64,000 nucleotides of DNA, from contig JAEUJM010000026.1 in assembly GCA_016794585.1 (NCBI GenBank), forward strand, positions 1,444-65,443. Reading direction: 5' to 3'. This document shows, in pieces, positions 17,324 through 25,903 of the stretch (its first letter is position 1; each line of letters begins with the position of its first letter). Made by a program: the position numbers and the translations under genes. The stretch comes from Acidimicrobiales bacterium (GTDB lineage: Bacteria; Actinomycetota; Acidimicrobiia; Acidimicrobiales; DATDAH01). A model generated the notes under the pieces. That model was not told the origin of the DNA. It made no database searches and saw only the letters and a list, made by a program, of their open reading frames with translations.

Positions 17324-20188
17324 GTGGTCCTGGCCGCGGCGGGCTGGTTCACCCGCCAGCTGCTCTTCGACGGGTTCGTGGACGGGCTGGTCTACGGCCT
17401 CCTGGCCATGGGCATCGTGCTGGTCTATCGGGCCACGCGGGTCATCAACTTCGCGGTCGGCAACCTCGGTCTCGTCGGTGCCGCGCTGTTCGCGCTCATG
17501 GTGGTCCAGTACCGGTTCCCGTTCTGGATCGCCCTCGGTCTGGCCCTGCTCATCGGCACCGCCTTCGCTGCGGCGGTCGAACTCGCCGTCATCCGTCGGC
17601 TCTTCGACGCGCCCCGCGTCATCGTGCTCGTAGCGACCATCGGCATCGCGCAGCTCGCCCTCGCCGTCGTCACCGCCTTCCCCGACATCGAGGACCGCCG
17701 CGCCCGGTTCCCGTTGGCCATCGGTTCCGATCGCGAGATCGCCCAGATCCGGGTGACGGGCGCCCAGCTCGCCGTCCTCGTCGCCGTCCCCGTGGTGGCG
17801 CTCGGGCTCACGTGGGTCCTGAACCGGACCACGCTCGGCAAGACGGTCAAGGCCGCCGCGTCGAACCCCGATCTCTCGCGTCTCTCGGGGATCAACCCCA
17901 AGATCGTCTCCACCGGCGTGTGGGCCCTCGCCGGCCTGGTGGCGACCGTGTCGATGATCCTGATCGCGGGGGACGACGGTTCGGTGACGGACTTCGTCAC
18001 CCTGGGCCCGAACACGCTCGTGCGTGCATTGGCCGCGGCCGTCATCGCGGGCATGACCTCGTTCCGCCGGGCGCTGCTCGCCGGGGTCGTCCTCGGCGTC
18101 GTCCAGGCGCTGCTCGCGTTCAACTTCCTGGACCAGGTCGGCCTGATCGACTTCCTCGTGTTCCTGGCGGTGCTGGTGGCGGTGTTCTTCCAGAGCCGCC
18201 AGGGCGAGCCCGATCGCTCGGTGTTCTCGTTCACCCCCCGGGTCGCGCCGGTGCCCGAGCACCTGCGCGGCCTCTGGTGGGTCCGCCACCTCGACCGGCT
18301 CTTCCTCGTCGCGGCCGGCGTCGCGGCCGTCGCGCTGCCCCTCGTGGTGACCGCCCCCTCTCGGCACCTGCTCTACACGACGGTCCTGGCCTTCGCCCTG
18401 TGCGCGACGTCGTTGACCGTCCTGACCGGCTGGGCGGGCCAGCTCTCGCTCGGCCAGATGGCCTTCGCCGGCATCGGTGCGCTCACCGCCGCCGCCCTGA
18501 CGAGGGGGCTCGCCCTGCACTGGGGCGACCTGACCGTGATCGAGATCTACGCGATGCCGTTCGCGCTCTCGATCGTGATCGCCGGCCTCGTCACCGCGGT
18601 GCTGGCCGTGGCCATCGGCGCCGGCGCGCTCCGGGTCCGCGGCCTGCTGCTCGCCGTGACCACGTTCGCGTTCGGGCTGGCCGCCCAGCAGTACCTCTAC
18701 CGCCGGCCGCTCTTCGTCGGCGAGGGCGGCTCGACCGTCGCCTTCCCCCGTGGCGACCTCCTCGGCCTCGACCTGGCCTCGCAGCGCACCTACTACTACG
18801 TCGTGCTGGCGGTGCTGGCCCTCGCCCTCGCCGTGCTGGGCCGACTGCGGCGCAGCGGCATCGGACGCACCACCATCGCCGTCCGGGACAATGCGGACAC
18901 CGCCGCCGCCTACACCGTGCCGGCCGCCTCGACGAAGCTGCGGGCCTTCGCCATCGCCGGCGGGCTGGCCGGGATCGGCGGCGCCCTGCTCGCCGGCACC
19001 ATCCAGGCCGTCCCCTTCACCGAGCGGTTCTTCCGGGTGGAGGACTCGCTGGCCCTGGTCGCGATGGTCGTGATCGGCGGGCTGGGCTCTCTGAGCGGCG
19101 CGATTCTCGGGGCGATCTGGGTCGTCGGCCTCCCGGCCTTCTTCCCGCAGCAGGAGCTCGTCCCCCTCGTGACCTCCAGCGTGGGACTGCTCGTCCTGCT
19201 CCTCTACTTCCCGGGTGGGCTCGCTCAGATCGGCTACTCGACCCGTCGTGCCCTGCTGGCGTGGGTCGAGCAGCGGGTCCCGGCCCCGCCGCCGAAGTCG
19301 ACCCCCGCCCGACCGAGCCTCCACCGGGAGCGCGCGCGGCCGCCGGCCGGGGACACGCCCGCCGTCGGGCCCCTCGCGGCCACGGACGTGCGCGTCCGGT
19401 TCGGTGGGATCGCCGCGGTGGACGGCGCCTCGATCGAGGTGCGCGAAGGCGAGGTCGTCGGCCTCATCGGCACGAACGGCGCCGGCAAGTCCACCTTGAT
19501 GAACGCGATCGGTGGTTTCGTCCCCAGCACCGGCCGGGTGGAGATCCTCGGGCGGGACGTGTCCCGCCTCAGCGCCGCCAAGCGGGCGTCGCTGGGGCTC
19601 GGGCGCACCTTCCAGTCGGCCACCCTCTTCCCCGAGCTGACCGTGCGGGACGTGGTGCTCGTCGCGCTGGAAGCGCGGGGCCGCTCCCGACTGCTGGGCG
19701 CCGCCCTCGCGCTGCCCGCGGCCCGCCGCCGCGAGCGCACCGCGCGTGTCGAGGCGGCCGAGCTCATCGACTTCCTCGGGCTCGGCCGTTACGCGGATCG
19801 CTACGTGGCGGACCTGTCCACCGGCACGCGCCGCATCGTCGAGCTCGCCGGCCTGCTCGCCCTCGATGCCCGGCTGCTCTGCCTCGACGAGCCCACCGCG
19901 GGCGTGGCCCAGCGCGAGACCGAGGCCTTCGGCCAGGTCATCGGGGAGATCCGGGCCGAGCTCGGCGCCTCCGTGCTCCTCATCGAGCACGACATGCCCC
20001 TGATCATGGGCATCAGCGACCGCGTCTACTGCATGGAGGCGGGCCGGGTCATCGCCGAGGGCCCGCCCGCCGCCGTCCGCGAGGACCCGGCGGTGATCGC
20101 CAGCTACCTCGGGACCGACGAGCGCGCCATCGCCCGCAGCGGCGCCGCGGCCCCCTCGACCTCCTCCGTCCACGACCTCAGCACCTGA
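17324..20188 (+). CDS. triple fusion: LivH-like permease + LivM-like permease + LivG-type ABC ATPase
   Basis: GTG is 1 nt after the upstream stop. 'GLVYGLLAMGIVLVYRATRVINFA' is LivH-like and 'LTGWAGQLSLGQMAFAGIGA' is LivM-like. 'GTNGAGKST...LSTGTRR...LCLDEPTAG' is LivG-like. Confidence 0.8.
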   Translation: MVLAAAGWFTRQLLFDGFVDGLVYGLLAMGIVLVYRATRVINFAVGNLGLVGAALFALMVVQYRFPFWIALGLALLIGTAFAAAVELAVIRRLFDAPRVIVLVATIGIAQLALAVVTAFPDIEDRRARFPLAIGSDREIAQIRVTGAQLAVLVAVPVVALGLTWVLNRTTLGKTVKAAASNPDLSRLSGINPKIVSTGVWALAGLVATVSMILIAGDDGSVTDFVTLGPNTLVRALAAAVIAGMTSFRRALLAGVVLGVVQALLAFNFLDQVGLIDFLVFLAVLVAVFFQSRQGEPDRSVFSFTPRVAPVPEHLRGLWWVRHLDRLFLVAAGVAAVALPLVVTAPSRHLLYTTVLAFALCATSLTVLTGWAGQLSLGQMAFAGIGALTAAALTRGLALHWGDLTVIEIYAMPFALSIVIAGLVTAVLAVAIGAGALRVRGLLLAVTTFAFGLAAQQYLYRRPLFVGEGGSTVAFPRGDLLGLDLASQRTYYYVVLAVLALALAVLGRLRRSGIGRTTIAVRDNADTAAAYTVPAASTKLRAFAIAGGLAGIGGALLAGTIQAVPFTERFFRVEDSLALVAMVVIGGLGSLSGAILGAIWVVGLPAFFPQQELVPLVTSSVGLLVLLLYFPGGLAQIGYSTRRALLAWVEQRVPAPPPKSTPARPSLHRERARPPAGDTPAVGPLAATDVRVRFGGIAAVDGASIEVREGEVVGLIGTNGAGKSTLMNAIGGFVPSTGRVEILGRDVSRLSAAKRASLGLGRTFQSATLFPELTVRDVVLVALEARGRSRLLGAALALPAARRRERTARVEAAELIDFLGLGRYADRYVADLSTGTRRIVELAGLLALDARLLCLDEPTAGVAQRETEAFGQVIGEIRAELGASVLLIEHDMPLIMGISDRVYCMEAGRVIAEGPPAAVREDPAVIASYLGTDERAIARSGAAAPSTSSVHDLST

Positions 20189-20229
20189 TGCAGCACGTCA
20201 ACCACACCGTCCACCAGATCGGGAGTCCC

Positions 20230-21576
20230 ATGCGCAAGTACCTCGTCCTCGTCCTCGCCGGCGTGCTGCTGGCCGGCGCCTGCTCGGTCGGCGGCAGCGA
20301 CGACGACGCCGCCACGACCACCACGGCGGGGTCCGGCTCGGACAGCACCGCCACCACTGCGGCGACGGCCACGTTCCCGCCCGACGACCGCTCGACGGGG
20401 GTGACCGCCGACAGCATCAAGGTCGGCATCCCCTACGTCGACCTGGCCTCCCTCGGTGACGTCATCGACATCGACCACGGCGACTACGAGGCCGCGTACA
20501 CCGCGATCATCGACGACATCAACGCCGGCGGTGGCATCAACGGGCGCCAGATCGACCCGGTGTTCGCGCCTGTCCTGCCCGTCGGCACCGCGCCCGCCGA
20601 CGAGGCCTGCACCAAGCTGACCGAGGACGAGCAGGTCTTCGCCGTCGTCGGATTCGCCATCGACGACGCGCCGCTCTGCTACGTGAACGCACAGCACGAC
20701 ACCCCGCTCATCAACAGCGGTCCCATCACCGACGCCCGCCTCGCCGACGCCAAGGCCCCCTGGTTCAGCGTCGTGGCCAGCCAGGAGCGGGTGAACACGA
20801 CGCTGATCGACGCGTTCGCCGCCGACGGGGTGTTCGACGACGCCACCGTCGGCGTCGTCGCCATCCCCGAGGACCAGGCGACCATGGACGACGTGACCGT
20901 GCCCGCGTTGGAGGATGCCGGGGTGACCGTCGCGGACACGGCGGTGATCGACGCGCCCGCCGACGACCAGGCCGCCGCGCAACAGCAGGTGGGCGTCATC
21001 GCGGAGCGCTTCGACGCTGCGGGCATCGACACCGTCGTCACGGTCGGCAACGCCGGCCTGCCGACCGCGCAGGGCTTCGAGGTGACGGACTACCGCCCGC
21101 GCCTGGTCGGGACCGGGTTCGAGTCGCTCGCCACGTACGTCGGTGGCGAGGCCGGCTTCGACGAGACCGTCATCGCCGACGCAATCACCGGCGGCTACGC
21201 GACGTCGGGCGTCCAGGCCGACGAGCAGGACATGCAGGAGTGCGCCGGCCTCGTGGAGGAAGCGACCGGGACGACGCTGCCCGACCCCGCCGACATCGAG
21301 GCCGGCGATCCCGAGCCCTATGTCTCGGTCTTCGCGGCGTGCCTCCAGCTCGGCCTTTTCGAGGCGATCGCCACCGCCGCCGGCGATGACCTCAACAACG
21401 GCACCTTCGGCCAGGCCGGCTACGACCTCGGCGAGGTCGACCTCCCCGGCGACGGTGGGGGCTCGACCTACGGGCCCGACTCGCTCGACGGCGACATGCC
21501 GATCTACCTGTTGCGCTTCGACGCCGACGCCGGCCGGTTCGTCAGCGACACCGAGGCCACCCCCACCGACGGCTAG
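20230..21576 (+). CDS. Liv-type substrate-binding lipoprotein (cognate to the fused ABC system)
   Basis: ATG after GGGAG. Lipobox 'LLAGAC'. 'IKVGIPYVDL...INAGGGINGRQIDPV...FAVVG'. Confidence 0.8.
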   Translation: MRKYLVLVLAGVLLAGACSVGGSDDDAATTTTAGSGSDSTATTAATATFPPDDRSTGVTADSIKVGIPYVDLASLGDVIDIDHGDYEAAYTAIIDDINAGGGINGRQIDPVFAPVLPVGTAPADEACTKLTEDEQVFAVVGFAIDDAPLCYVNAQHDTPLINSGPITDARLADAKAPWFSVVASQERVNTTLIDAFAADGVFDDATVGVVAIPEDQATMDDVTVPALEDAGVTVADTAVIDAPADDQAAAQQQVGVIAERFDAAGIDTVVTVGNAGLPTAQGFEVTDYRPRLVGTGFESLATYVGGEAGFDETVIADAITGGYATSGVQADEQDMQECAGLVEEATGTTLPDPADIEAGDPEPYVSVFAACLQLGLFEAIATAAGDDLNNGTFGQAGYDLGEVDLPGDGGGSTYGPDSLDGDMPIYLLRFDADAGRFVSDTEATPTDG

Positions 21577-21682
21577 CGCGCACGGCCGCTGCCGCCGACC
21601 CTCGGGCGAGGGCCGGCGGCGGCCGCCCTCGTCGGAGGGGTCGGGTCCGTTGACGGGCCGACAGCGCTCCTGGCGACCGGTC

Positions 21683-21697
21683 GATAACAACGTTATG
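21683..21697. promoter_or_regulatory. operator-like palindrome site 5 (GATAAC-AAC-GTTATG)
   Basis: 96 nt upstream of the WS/DGAT start. Its last 3 nt are the ATG of a 33-codon ORF that ends ATGA-overlapped with WS/DGAT. Confidence 0.5.
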
Positions 21698-21792
21698 GTG
21701 ACGCCGAAGGGGCCGTCCCCGGGGGGAAGAAGCGACGTGGGTCATCGAGGTGTCGTCCATCGGGAGCACGCGGACGTGTTGCGCAGGTCCCG

Positions 21793-23118
21793 ATGATCCG
21801 GCTCGACGGTCCCGACCTCTTCCAGCTGCACCAGGAGCGCCCCGACCAGCCCACGCACACGCTCAAGGTCGCGCTGCTCGAGCGGGCGGTGGACGATGCG
21901 GCCGTCGACGCCTGGGCGGCCGAACGGCTGACCGGGCTCCCGCCGATGCGCTGGGTGCTCGCCGGGCCCCGCTGGGCCCGTCCGGTGCTGGTCGACGGTG
22001 GTCCGCCGAACCTCGCCCACCACGTCAACCACGCAGCCCTGCCCGGGCCGGGTGGGGAGGCCGAGCTCCGCGCCGCACTGGCAACGCTGTGCGCGGGGCC
22101 GCTCGACCGCGCCGAGCCGCTGTGGCACCTCACCCACCTCACCGGCCTGGCCGGCGGGCGGAGTGCCTTGGTGTTCCAGGTCCACCACCTGCTCGCCGAC
22201 GGCGCCGCGAGCGTCGCGCTCTGGGAGGCACTCGCCGACGGGTCGGCGGCGCCCGTCGCTCCGGCGGCACAAGGTGCCGCCTCGCCGTCCCGGGCACAGG
22301 ACGCACTCCGGGCCGGCGCGGGGGATCTCGTGAAGCTGCCTGGTCGGGTGGGTCGTTTCCTGGGCGCCTCCCGCCGCCAGGTCGCGGACGCCGAGCACGG
22401 CCCCGCCCAGGTGTTCGCCGGCCCGATGACCTCCTTCAACGGCCCGCCCGAGGCGGCGCGCGCCTGCGCCTTCGCGACCCTGGCGCTGCCGGACCTGCAG
22501 GCGGTCCGAGCCGCGAGCGGCGCCACCCTCACCCAGGTCTTCCTCACCGTTGCCGGCGGGGCCATCCGGCGTCTCCTGGTCGAACGTGGTGAGACCCCCG
22601 ACGCCGGGCTCACCGCCACCGTGCCGACCGCGCTCCCGGACCGCAGGCACGACTACGGCAACGCGGTGACGACGCTCTACGTGGCGCTGCACTCCGAGAT
22701 CGAGGGTCCGGCGGCCCGCCTCCGAGCGGTCGGGGCCAGCCTCGGAGCGACCCGCGGCGCCACCGACGTCGACCCGCGCGTCCTGCCGGACCTCCAGCGC
22801 TACCCCCGCCTCTACGGCGGTCTCGTCAGCTCGATGGAGTGGGTGGCCGCCCGCAAGGGCCGTCCGGCGTACAACGTCATCGTGTCGAGCGTCCGCGGGC
22901 CGCAGCCGTTCTCGCTCATGGGTGTCCCGGTGGTCGAGCTGCGCTCGCTCGGCCCGCTGTCGGGGCACCTCGGCCTCAACCTGACGGGGTGGAGCTACGG
23001 CGACGACTTCATGGTCGGCATCCACAGCACCGCCTCGGCCGGCGCCGACCTCGATCGGCTCGCGGCGCTCCTCACCGACGAGTTGGACGCGCTCCGACGA
23101 GAGGTCGGCACCGCATGA
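21793..23118 (+). CDS. wax ester synthase/diacylglycerol acyltransferase (WS/DGAT) family protein
   Basis: Active-site motif 'HHLLADG' (HHxxxDG) and overall length. Confidence 0.8.
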   Translation: MIRLDGPDLFQLHQERPDQPTHTLKVALLERAVDDAAVDAWAAERLTGLPPMRWVLAGPRWARPVLVDGGPPNLAHHVNHAALPGPGGEAELRAALATLCAGPLDRAEPLWHLTHLTGLAGGRSALVFQVHHLLADGAASVALWEALADGSAAPVAPAAQGAASPSRAQDALRAGAGDLVKLPGRVGRFLGASRRQVADAEHGPAQVFAGPMTSFNGPPEAARACAFATLALPDLQAVRAASGATLTQVFLTVAGGAIRRLLVERGETPDAGLTATVPTALPDRRHDYGNAVTTLYVALHSEIEGPAARLRAVGASLGATRGATDVDPRVLPDLQRYPRLYGGLVSSMEWVAARKGRPAYNVIVSSVRGPQPFSLMGVPVVELRSLGPLSGHLGLNLTGWSYGDDFMVGIHSTASAGADLDRLAALLTDELDALRREVGTA

Positions 23119-23146
23119 CCGTCGGGGCGCAGGGGGAAGCGGCGTC

Positions 23147-24184
23147 GTGAAGGTGCTCGTCACGGGGGCATCGGGCTTCGTCGGGGCCCACAGCGCGGCG
23201 GCGTTACAGGCCGACGGGCACGAGCTGCGGCTCCTCGTCCGCAGCCGGGACAAGGCCCGCCGCATCGGCGCCGCCGTGGGAGTGACGGATCCCGAGCTGG
23301 TCGACGGCGACATCACCGACGCCGCCTCGGTCCGGGCGGCGCTCACCGGTTGCGACGCCGTGCTCCACGCCGCCGGGGCGGTGTCGGTCGAGCGCAAGCA
23401 CGCCGCCGAGTCGCTCGCGGTCAACCAGGCCGGCGCCGAGCACGTCCTCCGCGAAGCCGCCGAGCTCGGGCTGGCCCCGATCGTGCACGTCTCGAGCACC
23501 AGCGCCCTGGCGCCGGGTGCCGGCCCGTTGCGGATCGACGCGCCGGTCGCGGAGAGCGTCGGCTACGCCGCCTCCAAGGCGGCCGCCGAGCACGTGGCCC
23601 GAGAGCTCCAAGCGAGAGGCGCGCCGCTGCACATCACCTACCCCGCGGGGATCGTCGGCCCCGCCGCCGGCGAGGCATTGGGGGAGACGTCGCGCGGCAT
23701 GGCCCGCTTCGTCGCCGGTGGCTTGCTGCCCACCCGGCATGCCTCGCTGTCGGTCATCGACGTCCGTGACGTCGCCGAGATCCACCGACGGCTGCTGGCC
23801 GGCATGGCGACCCCCGAGCAGCGGGTGATGTGCGGAGGGACCCGGCTGAGGATGGTCGACCTACAGCGCGAGGTGGGCGCGCTGACCGGGCGTCGTTACC
23901 CGATCGCGCCGCTGCCGCCGGCGGCCCTCCGCGGCATGGGCCGGGCCGTGGACCGGCTCGCCGCCCGGCTCCCCATGGAGCCGGCCCTCACCGAGGAGGC
24001 GATGACCCTCATCACCGAGTGGCAGGGCACCGAGGACAACGCCCGCACCGGGCTCGGCGTCACGTACCGACCGATCGCCGAGACCCTCGAGACCGCACTC
24101 GACGCCTGGCTGGCCGCCGGGCTGCTGACCACCCGCCAGCGGGGCACACCCCGCCGGCCCGACTCCAAGAGGAGCACCCCATGA
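23147..24184 (+). CDS. NAD-dependent epimerase/dehydratase (extended SDR) family protein
   Basis: 'MKVLVTGASGFVGAH' Rossmann motif and 'YAASKAAAE' catalytic YxxxK. Confidence 0.8.
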   Translation: MKVLVTGASGFVGAHSAAALQADGHELRLLVRSRDKARRIGAAVGVTDPELVDGDITDAASVRAALTGCDAVLHAAGAVSVERKHAAESLAVNQAGAEHVLREAAELGLAPIVHVSSTSALAPGAGPLRIDAPVAESVGYAASKAAAEHVARELQARGAPLHITYPAGIVGPAAGEALGETSRGMARFVAGGLLPTRHASLSVIDVRDVAEIHRRLLAGMATPEQRVMCGGTRLRMVDLQREVGALTGRRYPIAPLPPAALRGMGRAVDRLAARLPMEPALTEEAMTLITEWQGTEDNARTGLGVTYRPIAETLETALDAWLAAGLLTTRQRGTPRRPDSKRSTP

Positions 24185-24696
24185 CCGCAGTCGACCAGCC
24201 CGACCAGCCCGACCAGACAGGTCGCGCCGCCGAGGTCCAGGCCGCGCTCGAGCACTACCTCGCGGTGCGCGAGCGACTCGACCGCGGCGAGGGCGACTGG
24301 GCCGAGTTCGCCGAGATGTTCACCGAGAACGCCGTGTTCGTCGACTGCGCCTGGGGGCGGGTCGAGGGCCGCGACGCCATCGCGCAGATGTTCCGGGAGG
24401 CGATGCCCGGCGTCGACTTCACCTTTCCCGTCGACTTCAGTGCCGTCAATGGCGACTGGATCATGGTGAAGTGGCGCCAGGTGCTCCCGGGCACGCGACC
24501 CGACGGACGGCCCTACGAGCAGTCGGCGGTGTCGACCATCCGGTACGCCGGCGACGGCCTCTTCGACTACGAGGAGGACCTGCTCAACATGGTCCACGCC
24601 ATGGAGGACGTGGTCGAGTCCGGGTGGCAGCCGGGCCCGGACTTCACCGCGCCCCCGCCGAACCCGAACCGGGACTTCAGCCCGCCGCCGCGCTGA
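24181..24696 (+). CDS. NTF2/SnoaL-like domain protein
   Basis: ATGA overlap with the upstream gene. The pattern 'FTENAVFVD...GRDAI..MF...DWIMVKW' fits a SnoaL-like fold. Confidence 0.6.
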   Translation: MTAVDQPDQPDQTGRAAEVQAALEHYLAVRERLDRGEGDWAEFAEMFTENAVFVDCAWGRVEGRDAIAQMFREAMPGVDFTFPVDFSAVNGDWIMVKWRQVLPGTRPDGRPYEQSAVSTIRYAGDGLFDYEEDLLNMVHAMEDVVESGWQPGPDFTAPPPNPNRDFSPPPR

Positions 24697-25903
24697 CCGT
24701 CAGCAGCTGGGCGTCGAGATCGTCCACCGTGGCGGCGCCGAGCAGGCTCATGGTGCGGACCACGTCGGCGTGGAACCACTCGAGGACGCGGTCGACGCCG
24801 CGTTCGCCGGCCGCGCCGAGGCCGTAGAGGTAGGCCCGGCCGGCCATGGCCGCGGTGGCGCCGGCGGCGACGGCCTTGACGATGTCGCTCCCACGGCGGA
24901 CACCGCCGTCACAGATCACCTCGGTGCGGTTGCCGACGGCGTCGGCCACGGGAGCGACGAGGGGGAAGGTGGCGGGCGCTCCGTCGAGCTGTCGTCCGCC
25001 GTGGTTGGAGAGGGCGACCGCGTCGACGCCCCGCTCGGCGGCGAGGACCGCGTCCTCGACGCCCTGGATGCCCTTGACCACGATGGGCCCGTCCCAGATC
25101 GTGCGGAGCCAGTCGATGTCCTCCCACGAGAGGGTGGGGTCGAACTGGGCGTTGATGTAGTCGGAGAGCGTGACGGGTGAGGCGCCGTCGCCCACGCCGC
25201 GACCGACCACGTTGGCGAAGCGGATGGGCTCGCCCCGAACGAAGTCCAGGGTCCAGCCGGGGTGGCGGGCACCGTCGAGGATGGTCCCCGGGCCGATCAT
25301 CGGGGGCAGGGAGAACCCTCGGCGGACGTCCCGCTCGCGACGGCCGAACACGGCGGTGTCCACCGTGAGCACCAGCGCCTCGTAGCGGGCGGCGGCGGCC
25401 CGCTCGACCATCTCCTGCACGAGGCCGCGGTCGCGCCAGGCGTAGACCTGGAACCAGAGCCGCCCGTCGCTCACGGCCCGCACCTCCTCGATGGAGCGGG
25501 TGCTGAGCGTGGACAGCGTGTACGGGACGCCGGCGCGTTCCGCGGCGCGGGCGACGGCGAGCTCGCCGTCGGGGTCGGCGATGCGGGTGAACCCGGTGGG
25601 GGCGAGGACCAGCGGCAGTGCCGCGTCACGACCGAGGATCGTGGCGGCCGGGTCGACCCGCTCGATGCCCCGGAGGACCCGGGGCCGGAAGGCCACGTCG
25701 GCGAACGCCTGCTGGTTGGCGGCCATGGTGTGTTCGTCCTCGGCGCCGCCGTCGATGTAGTCGAACACCCCACCCGGCAGGCGCCGCCGGGCGATGCGGC
25801 GCAGGTCGGCCACCGACGCCGCCCTGGCCAGGCGGCGCTCGAGCCGGTCGGTCTCGACCCGCTTGAAGCGGATCACCGAGCGCAGGGTCTCGATCGTCCT
25901 CAC
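24677..25903 (-). CDS. FMN-dependent alpha-hydroxy-acid dehydrogenase (L-lactate dehydrogenase LldD-like)
   Basis: GTGA overlap with the rhaB stop. 'GVFDYIDGGAEDE' and 'SNHGGRQLDGAPAT' are present. Confidence 0.85.
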   Translation of the reverse strand: MRTIETLRSVIRFKRVETDRLERRLARAASVADLRRIARRRLPGGVFDYIDGGAEDEHTMAANQQAFADVAFRPRVLRGIERVDPAATILGRDAALPLVLAPTGFTRIADPDGELAVARAAERAGVPYTLSTLSTRSIEEVRAVSDGRLWFQVYAWRDRGLVQEMVERAAAARYEALVLTVDTAVFGRRERDVRRGFSLPPMIGPGTILDGARHPGWTLDFVRGEPIRFANVVGRGVGDGASPVTLSDYINAQFDPTLSWEDIDWLRTIWDGPIVVKGIQGVEDAVLAAERGVDAVALSNHGGRQLDGAPATFPLVAPVADAVGNRTEVICDGGVRRGSDIVKAVAAGATAAMAGRAYLYGLGAAGERGVDRVLEWFHADVVRTMSLLGAATVDDLDAQLLTVSAAAG

